NCBI GenBank assembly: GCA_046758445.1
Contig: JBHIAE010000005.1
Coordinates: 32,001 to 96,000, forward strand
Reading direction: 5' to 3'
Source: Candidatus Thorarchaeota archaeon
GTDB lineage: Archaea; Asgardarchaeota; Thorarchaeia; Thorarchaeales; Thorarchaeaceae
DNA length: 64,000 nucleotides
Position 1 is the stretch's first letter, and the number at the start of each line of letters is the position of its first letter. Under the pieces are notes generated by a model. The model had not been told where the DNA came from. It made no database searches and was given only the letters and a program-made list of their open reading frames with translations. Made by a program: the position numbers and the translations under genes. Positions 57,273 through 64,000 of the stretch are shown piece after piece.

Positions 57273-58226
57273 ATGGTGGCAGAGAACATCGAGGTCAAAA
57301 TATCTGGGCTAACAAAGAACTTTGACGAAATCATTGCCGTGGACCACATGGAGTTGGATGTTCCAGAGGGCTGCATCTTCGGTCTTCTAGGACCCAACGG
57401 GGCCGGCAAGAGTACTACAATTCGCCTTCTATGTACACTCCTCAAGCCTGTAGAAGGTACAGCAGAGGTAGCAGATTTCGACATCTTGCAAGCACCAGTG
57501 GAAGTACGTCAGGCAACAGGTGTCCTTCCCGAGGAGGCAAACCACACGCTCTATCCAAACATGACTGCCTACGAGAATCTGGAGTACTTCGGTAGACTAT
57601 ATGGAGTTCCAGAGGATGAGATACCTAGACGTATTCAGGAGCTCTTGGAGTTCATGGAGCTGTGGGAGCGAAAAGATGACAAGGCGGGGGAGCTTAGCAC
57701 CGGCAACCGGCAAAGACTAGCTCTCTGCAGGGCACTTCTGCACAAGCCGCAAGTGCTTCTTCTAGATGAACCAACTGCCGCACTGGACCCTATCGCGGCG
57801 AAACGTGTAAGGGAACTCATCCTGAATCTTTCAAAGCAGTCTGGGCAGACGTTCTTCATAAACAGCCACAATCTTGCAGAAGTCCAACGAATATGCGACA
57901 GGATTGCAATCATAGACGAAGGGAAGATTCTGCTTGCTGGGAAGACAGCTGAGCTTCGTGAGAAACTGCAGGCTCAACAGGAGTTTAGGATTAGAGTACA
58001 TGGTGACTTGAGTGAGGCGGAAGCCATAGCAAAGTCAACCGACTATGTCGAGTCAGTTCAGACAGAGGTGGATTCGCTTCTTGTGGTGATCACTGATCCC
58101 ATCAATAACAACTCGAGGCTTATGAGAACCCTTCTGGATGCGGGGGTCAAGATTGTCGAGTTTGCCGAAGAAGAGGCCACACTGGAAGACCTCTACCTTG
58201 AGGTCATCAAAGGAGGTGGCAATTAG
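57273..58226 (+). CDS. ABC transporter ATP-binding protein
   Basis: Walker A GPNGAGKST, LSTGNRQR, LLLDEPT; probable ATG start at 57273. Confidence 0.93.
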   Translation: MVAENIEVKISGLTKNFDEIIAVDHMELDVPEGCIFGLLGPNGAGKSTTIRLLCTLLKPVEGTAEVADFDILQAPVEVRQATGVLPEEANHTLYPNMTAYENLEYFGRLYGVPEDEIPRRIQELLEFMELWERKDDKAGELSTGNRQRLALCRALLHKPQVLLLDEPTAALDPIAAKRVRELILNLSKQSGQTFFINSHNLAEVQRICDRIAIIDEGKILLAGKTAELREKLQAQQEFRIRVHGDLSEAEAIAKSTDYVESVQTEVDSLLVVITDPINNNSRLMRTLLDAGVKIVEFAEEEATLEDLYLEVIKGGGN

Positions 58227-58984
58227 TGACCCGCAATAAGTCCATGGTTGTCGCGATGGCTGACTTCAAGGCTGCGATGGCTCTTCGTTTTGTGAAGTTT
58301 GGTCTGATTGGATTGGGGGCTCTTGGACCAATCATGGCTGTCTTCACGGTTGTGAGTGTGGTGTTATTGATGCCTCCGGGTCCTGAGCTTGACTTGATTA
58401 TACGGTTCTTGGCTCCAATGGTGGCAACATTTCTCGCAATATTCGCCATAATCCCTGCCTCAATGATCTCGGCCAATTCTTTCGTCGGTGAAAAGGAGCA
58501 GAACACCTTGGAACCGCTTCTGGCAACCCCATTGACGGATAGAGAGCTGTTGGTGGGCAAGATTCTGAGTTCTCTGATTCCCAGTGGCATCTTGCTCTTT
58601 GGCGGGACAGCTGCGTCAATCTTGGCTGAGAACGTGATTCTCATGGCCTTCGGTCGTCCATTCATTCTTTTGCCCGATGTCCCTGGGATTATCTTCGTAT
58701 CGCTCGCAGGACCACCAATGATCTTGGCTGTAGTGTCGTTCATGATTCTAATCAGCGGACGCGTAGGCCGTGTCTATGAGGCCTATCAGATGAGCATGTT
58801 GGTAGCCATAGTCATCATAGCCCCAATGATCGTGCCATCCTTGTTTATCGAAGCAGGACTCGACCAGTCAGTTGTGATGATGACATACATCGCAACGATT
58901 TTGATTGCTGTGGTGCTTATGGTGGTGACCATGGCTCTTGCTGTTAGGCGATTCAACCGGGACACAATGATAAGAACGGTATAA
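58226..58984 (+). CDS. ABC-2 transporter permease
   Basis: SFVGEKEQNTLEPLLATP, LVGK, six TM segments. Confidence 0.88.
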   Translation: MTRNKSMVVAMADFKAAMALRFVKFGLIGLGALGPIMAVFTVVSVVLLMPPGPELDLIIRFLAPMVATFLAIFAIIPASMISANSFVGEKEQNTLEPLLATPLTDRELLVGKILSSLIPSGILLFGGTAASILAENVILMAFGRPFILLPDVPGIIFVSLAGPPMILAVVSFMILISGRVGRVYEAYQMSMLVAIVIIAPMIVPSLFIEAGLDQSVVMMTYIATILIAVVLMVVTMALAVRRFNRDTMIRTV

Positions 58985-59023
58985 TGGAAGTGAGGGCTGC
59001 CAGTCCTCTCCTCCCTTTCATTG

Positions 59024-59557
59024 CTAGTCTTTCAACTTCCTGAGCCCTGCAGGATATCTCCTTGCGAGATCGCGATAGATTTCCTTGAATCTTCTCAATT
59101 CTTCCTTGTGATGGTCTTTGACATCACCTATCACCTTGGCGGGCACACCAACTGCAATCTTCTCAGCAGGAATCTCAGAATACTGCCTGACAACGGCGCC
59201 CTCACCAACTATCGCCCACTTGCCCACGACAGCATAGTCTGAAACAATAGCCCCCATGCCAATAACTGCTTCGTCTTCTATCGTCGCATTATGTACTATG
59301 CAGCCGTGTCCAAGAGTGACATTGGTCCCGACTGTAGTAGTTTCATCTGGTCTGGCATGGATGATAACGTTGTCTTGAATGCTACACCCATCACCAACAC
59401 GAATCTCACCATAGTCTCCCTTGACGACTGCCCCGGGTGCCACATAACACTCCTCTCCAAGAGTCACTCTCCCAAGGACAGACGCCGAATGGCTAACATA
59501 GGTGTTCTTACCGATTTCAGGAATCCGACCTTCAAATTCGTACACGGTCATCGTCAA
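59024..59557 (-). CDS. Gamma carbonic anhydrase family (hexapeptide repeat) protein
   Basis: GD, IQDN.IIH, GH..IVH, IGMGA, GVPAK. Confidence 0.88.
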   Translation of the reverse strand: MTMTVYEFEGRIPEIGKNTYVSHSASVLGRVTLGEECYVAPGAVVKGDYGEIRVGDGCSIQDNVIIHARPDETTTVGTNVTLGHGCIVHNATIEDEAVIGMGAIVSDYAVVGKWAIVGEGAVVRQYSEIPAEKIAVGVPAKVIGDVKDHHKEELRRFKEIYRDLARRYPAGLRKLKD

Positions 59558-59726
59558 GACCTGGTTTCGTTCTATTCATTTCCGTTATTAGATTGAGGGT
59601 TTCTGAACAGACATTAAGGCTAAGATGCGCCATTGCGTCGTACTCCGAAGCCCTCCGAAACGTTAAAGGCCTACCCCTGCGAAGGTCTGTCGGAAGGCTC
59701 GTAGGAAGAGTCGGAGATGTTACCAG

Positions 59727-60125
59727 ATGCCCCAAGAGAAACTGAGTCCCGATGAGATTCCTCTTTTCCCAATCCTGAGGGGAGAGTCTGTTGGTCAAGA
59801 TGGCGAATTCTCAGGTCACGTTTTCATTGTCCGTAGACCAGAGGACACTGATCGGGAGTGGGCTTCTGATGACATTGCAGTACTAGACAGCGAAACAGAG
59901 TCCTTCTTCAATGAGAATCCAGGAGCTTTGGACAAACTCTTTCAGAATGTTTCGGCAGTACTTTCTGAGTTCGGAGAGGCAATGGGTCAATTCTCGTCCA
60001 TAGCCTATGAGCGAGAGGCCATTTGTGTTGTGAAGGTGCCAGATGCAAGCCATGTGCTTGAAAATGGGATGCACATTCGTGTTACCGCCACGGAGAATCA
60101 AGGTGACATATACTTCATCGATTGA
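59727..60125 (+). CDS. PEP-utiliser mobile (phosphohistidine swivel) domain-like protein lacking the histidine
   Basis: GESVG..G.FSG.V.IV, AVLSEFG..., IAYERE.ICVV, LENGMHIRV...G. Confidence 0.55.
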   Translation: MPQEKLSPDEIPLFPILRGESVGQDGEFSGHVFIVRRPEDTDREWASDDIAVLDSETESFFNENPGALDKLFQNVSAVLSEFGEAMGQFSSIAYEREAICVVKVPDASHVLENGMHIRVTATENQGDIYFID

Positions 60126-60203
60126 AACGTTCGCAAATCATCAAGGATTTATGTCACGTCTAGTTCAAGACTCGCGTGCACTTGCACAAGTGGAGCGAGG
60201 AGT

Positions 60204-61220
60204 TTGAGATCACGCTACATCCTACTTGACTGGTCTGGTGTCAGGCGGATTCAGTTTCGTGTAGTTCTTGGGAGTGCTTTGCTCTTCATCACGTATAGTA
60301 TCATACTTCTGCTCTACTGTTCAGTCGCCCAATGGATTCTCCTAGCGTTTCTGCTGGTTTCAACCCAGATTGGCGTTGGACTGGTCTTCACGCGATACTA
60401 CCAGACGGTAGGCATGCTGGCCAAGGAGAAACTGACCTTCTTGGATTCTTCCGAATTGGCCGGCGAGTGGGAGTCCGTGGAGGAGGAAGTCAGTATCGAG
60501 GAGATGCCGCGTATCTTTCAGGAGCTTGATGAGAGGTTGGGAGGTTTGGAACCGCAGGTAGATGACATTCTAGACCTCGCTTGGTTCTTCATTATCGTAT
60601 GGGCTGCGGTTTCAACAGCTCTGGTAGTATTGTTTGGCAGTTCTCCAATTCTGTGCTTGAGCCCTTCTCCGATTTTGGCCATGATATGTGTTGCTTGCTA
60701 CTACAACGGTTATCAGAGTGGGAAAGGCGAAATATCCGCAGACCATCTGGAGCACTTGGAACACCTTGCGCTCTCAAGGCTGTCAGCAATTCAGTCGATA
60801 GCGTCAAACAGTTTCTTTCAACCTTTTGTCCAGTGGATGCAGAAGCAGGAGTTCCGTGTCCTGTCAGACCTTGGAGTCCATTTGATCGGTTCCGCTGTGG
60901 AGGTGACAGGTGCAGTTATCAGATATTCAGTTGGATTCTCATCGGGCGATAAGGAGCATATCGAGGTACTGCTCTCGGAGGTGCCTGATCCTGATTTCCA
61001 AAGCGCAGTAACACGCCTGGATTCCGATTTGGGTTCAAGATGGATTCTAACAACGGATTCAGGACCACAAATGCACAAGTTCCGTTTTGCAAATGCCATT
61101 GACAGTCCCAGCCTGAGAAGACACGCGTCACTGATCCGGAGTCCTTCTGAGCAGGAGAAGGCAACGCGAGTAGTAGCCAAGATACTAGAATCGTTGCTGC
61201 AGCTCGTAGGCCCTGAGTGA
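60204..61220 (+). CDS. Hypothetical membrane protein (about four TM segments)
   Basis: Two hydrophobic hairpins followed by a soluble C-terminus. Confidence 0.65.
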   Translation: MRSRYILLDWSGVRRIQFRVVLGSALLFITYSIILLLYCSVAQWILLAFLLVSTQIGVGLVFTRYYQTVGMLAKEKLTFLDSSELAGEWESVEEEVSIEEMPRIFQELDERLGGLEPQVDDILDLAWFFIIVWAAVSTALVVLFGSSPILCLSPSPILAMICVACYYNGYQSGKGEISADHLEHLEHLALSRLSAIQSIASNSFFQPFVQWMQKQEFRVLSDLGVHLIGSAVEVTGAVIRYSVGFSSGDKEHIEVLLSEVPDPDFQSAVTRLDSDLGSRWILTTDSGPQMHKFRFANAIDSPSLRRHASLIRSPSEQEKATRVVAKILESLLQLVGPE

Positions 61221-61284
61221 ATACTCCTGTGATGGAGATAAAGACTCTGTCAGTCCCGCGATATACATAAGGGTCCTTACTCTA

Positions 61285-62640
61285 GTGATGCCAAGTGCAT
61301 GCTCGATGAAGGTCAAGCTAAAGATAGAAACACAGTGGCTTGAGCTAGAGAGAAAGAGCATGCTGAAGATGCTTGAAAGATACAGGTCATGGGAACGGGA
61401 AACCCTTCAGAGAGCCAGGGACGCCAAGGATCTGCGAGGACTAAGGGATGTGTTCTACGAGCTTGGCGATAGGTGGGAGTGGGCACAGACAGCTGGAGCA
61501 TGGTTGTCAAGTGGTGTGCCCCTTGATACTATAGGTTTAGTCATTAGAATGCCTGGTCTTCAACCGAACAAGGAGAGATACGTCGTCTACGCTGTGATGG
61601 CCTATTCCAAGGGTGTTACGAAGAAGTTCGATCATCTTGGAGACAAGGAACGAGTGATTATAGAGCGTGATGTCGAAAGTGGTCAGATTGTATGTTGGTC
61701 AACGACTGGACACGGTGCGGTAGACATCTTTCCCATTGATGTCACCAAATTCTCTACCGTAGAGATGGCGCTTGATGGCTGCTATTTGGTTGCTCAGCCA
61801 GGGGATCATGCCCTTAGACTTGAGTGCCCAACCATCGAAGGAATCATCCCGATGCTAGCACACCGCCTGTGGGAGATTGCAGGAGGTGACAAGTCATTCT
61901 CGCTAAGAACGATAGATGTTCTCGATGCAAGTGATGTTGAAGAGTTTCTTGACTTTAGGTTCCATAGATTTGCCAAGGCTGTTATTGAGCTGGAACGCAT
62001 CTGGACGACTCTGAGTGGCGGGACAGTTGCTAGAGCCCGAGAGGCAGTTCTTGACCAAGTTCCAGATCATATAGAGAAACGGAACAAGGAGATTCTTAGA
62101 AGGATTGAAGGACTTCTTCATGTTCTGTGGTTCAAACCACCATCTAAGCAACTCCAGTCAATCCGAACGATGTACGAAGAGATTGTGTCCGAACCAACTC
62201 CCACTGAGGTTCAACGCGAGCTCCAACCACATCTAGGCGAGCTGCTCTATAGCCTGACCGATGTTCTTGAGAAGGCCAAGTTCCTCAAGTGGAGAAGTGT
62301 CCTAGAGAGAAGAGAATTCACAGAGAGTGATGTGTTTCGCAACTTAGAATTGTCTGCTTTAGCGAAGGAGGCATTGGCGGCCGCACTAGAGGACATCCTA
62401 GTAGATCATTCTCTTTCATACATCGGATATCCAGAGCGGGCAACGATTAGAAAGAAGATTGTACGCACTTTCTTTGGCGTGGCTGCTCTTCCAATCCGCC
62501 TGGCGTTCTCCTTCAAACATTGGCTAACGAAAACGATCCTCCGACTATTGCCCAAGAGAACCGAAGAAGAGGAAGAGAACTCGAGTGAGAAGAGTGCTGA
62601 AGAGCAGGATCCTGATTCTCAACAATCACCTAGTGCTTAG
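61285..62640 (+). CDS. Hypothetical protein with Vps62/NPP1-like motifs and a helical C-terminus
   Basis: DHLGDKERVII, STTGHG, LVAQPGDHA. Confidence 0.6.
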   Translation: MMPSACSMKVKLKIETQWLELERKSMLKMLERYRSWERETLQRARDAKDLRGLRDVFYELGDRWEWAQTAGAWLSSGVPLDTIGLVIRMPGLQPNKERYVVYAVMAYSKGVTKKFDHLGDKERVIIERDVESGQIVCWSTTGHGAVDIFPIDVTKFSTVEMALDGCYLVAQPGDHALRLECPTIEGIIPMLAHRLWEIAGGDKSFSLRTIDVLDASDVEEFLDFRFHRFAKAVIELERIWTTLSGGTVARAREAVLDQVPDHIEKRNKEILRRIEGLLHVLWFKPPSKQLQSIRTMYEEIVSEPTPTEVQRELQPHLGELLYSLTDVLEKAKFLKWRSVLERREFTESDVFRNLELSALAKEALAAALEDILVDHSLSYIGYPERATIRKKIVRTFFGVAALPIRLAFSFKHWLTKTILRLLPKRTEEEEENSSEKSAEEQDPDSQQSPSA

Positions 62641-63394
62641 GGAGGCAGTCTAAGCGGAGTATTAGGTCCCTTGAAGATGTCCAGAAGTTCGAGCGGTGAT
62701 TCAAGAAGAATTGCCCTTCAGGTGCTTTCTTGGCTTCGTGCGGAGTAGCCCATGTGAGAAGGACGGGCAGCATCTCAGCCCGAATAGCTGCTTTGATGTC
62801 AGCTCCCACATAATTGCCGACGAATGCACACAATCTTGGGTTGACTCCCAGTTTCTGAGAAGCTCTGAGAAGAGTATAAGGACTGGGCTTGGCGTATCCC
62901 GGTATGCCAGTCCATTCGACTACTGAGAAGATGTCTTGAAGGCCGCTCCTCTCTATTACTCCAATTGGATTATCATGCCTCCGCGCGCAGATTCCTAACT
63001 GGTAGCCTCTTCGATAGAGCTCATCCAGCGCCTGAATTGACTCCTCTATGAAGAACTCAAAGTCTGTGCTAGTTGTCACGCGTTTCCACTTAGACTCAAT
63101 ACTCATCAAAAGGTCGTCTGGTAGTTCCTTGAATCCCAGTGTTTCAAAAGCAATGCCAACTGCAGGAACCCAATGCTCTGGGAGTTCGCCCCAAGACGGT
63201 TCCACATTCTCTTTTACTTGGTACTCTTGTAGCCACTCCTCCGCTTTCAGAAATGCGTCATTTAGCTCGTCGTCACTGAAAAGTGAGAGGTCAAGTTCGT
63301 GTTCCTTTGAGATCCTTCTCATCAGTGACTGTAGACTCTCTTTCAACTGCGTCAAGGTGTGGTGGAGATCGAAGAGGAGAGCGGCGATGTGCAT
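62630..63394 (-). CDS. HAD-superfamily hydrolase with an apparent frameshift near the 3' end
   Basis: LLFDLHHTL, YAKPSP, FVGNYVGADIKAA; an alternative frame after 62714 gives the HAD-like tail AILLESPLELLDIF. Confidence 0.8.
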   Translation of the reverse strand: MHIAALLFDLHHTLTQLKESLQSLMRRISKEHELDLSLFSDDELNDAFLKAEEWLQEYQVKENVEPSWGELPEHWVPAVGIAFETLGFKELPDDLLMSIESKWKRVTTSTDFEFFIEESIQALDELYRRGYQLGICARRHDNPIGVIERSGLQDIFSVVEWTGIPGYAKPSPYTLLRASQKLGVNPRLCAFVGNYVGADIKAAIRAEMLPVLLTWATPHEAKKAPEGQFFLNHRSNFWTSSRDLILRLDCLPKH

Positions 63395-63519
63395 GCCTAC
63401 GAAGAAACTGAGCCTCTCTTAGGTTCATTTTGGTATCGTAGAGCCGCTAATACTGTAAAGCAGAATAAGCACGGTCAGATTAAAATAGCAGCCGTCAGAA
63501 GCCCGTTGGAGCTAATGCG

Positions 63520-64000
63520 ATGACCAAGCTTGGGATAATTGGGAATGGAGTCGCAGCCACCTCCGCCATTCGAGAGATTAGAAATCTGGACTCAGAGGTT
63601 GAGATTGACGTCTACTCGGATGAACGTCATCCATACTATCCAAAACCGAATCTCATGGAGTACATGAGCGGAGAACGTACCTTGAAGGAAGTCATACGGT
63701 ACGATGCTGACTGGTACGATCAGGTCAATGCTAATCTGCGTCTATCAACTCCGGTGACGCACATAGATTCAGGGATACGAGGTCTCTCTACTCCTTCTGG
63801 AGTCTTCTCCGGCTACGATTCACTTCTTATAGCAGTCGGGTCGATTCCCTTCGTTCCGCCTTTCGAAGGAATGAACAAGAAGAATGTACATGTTCTCCGG
63901 ACTCTTGACGATGCAATTGACATAAAGGAGGCAGTCAAGGGCGCAGGGAGAGAGATCATAGTTGGTGGAGGAATCCTAGGGATTGAGCTGGCCGCTGCTA
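63520..64000 (+). CDS. NAD(P)/FAD-dependent oxidoreductase (NirB/rubredoxin reductase-like), partial; not in the ORF track
   Basis: Read by hand: MTKLGIIGNGVAA...YDSLLIAVGSDPFVPP...LRTLDDA...IVGGGILGIELAAA; runs off the window. Confidence 0.88.
   Translation, partial: MTKLGIIGNGVAATSAIREIRNLDSEVEIDVYSDERHPYYPKPNLMEYMSGERTLKEVIRYDADWYDQVNANLRLSTPVTHIDSGIRGLSTPSGVFSGYDSLLIAVGSIPFVPPFEGMNKKNVHVLRTLDDAIDIKEAVKGAGREIIVGGGILGIELAAA

Overview
Gene-dense archaeal chromosomal window. An Asgard (Thorarchaeota-like) origin is inferred from two Roadblock/LC7 proteins, a 22-aa LRR protein, a TFS/RpoM-type zinc ribbon, archaeal DUF99, coiled-coil and AOR genes, and GGTGA/GGAG ribosome-binding sites. I saw no rRNA, tRNA, CRISPR array, integrase or transposase. 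The left half (3.7-32 kb) is mostly catabolic: DUF1015-serC; a diol-dehydratase-like glycyl radical enzyme next to kdgK-eda; RraA, UroD-like and GlcD/GlcF-like genes; an APC permease; a symmetric divergon of DUF917, metallophosphoesterase, nucleotidyltransferase, DUF917 and hydantoin racemase; and a ferredoxin-AOR-LLM-MFS operon. The right half holds an orphan N6-adenine methyltransferase, DNA repair genes, three proteases (C25-like, CPBP, and an S8 resembling eukaryotic site-1 protease), Roadblock/LRR proteins and a 2025-aa membrane-anchored surface protein with nested split domains and a cytoplasmic HeH/SAP-like tip. The best candidates for undescribed systems are a radical-based entry into the Entner-Doudoroff pathway, the nucleotidyltransferase/phosphoesterase/DUF917 divergon, and the nested surface protein. 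All family assignments come from motif recognition by eye; no database search was run.
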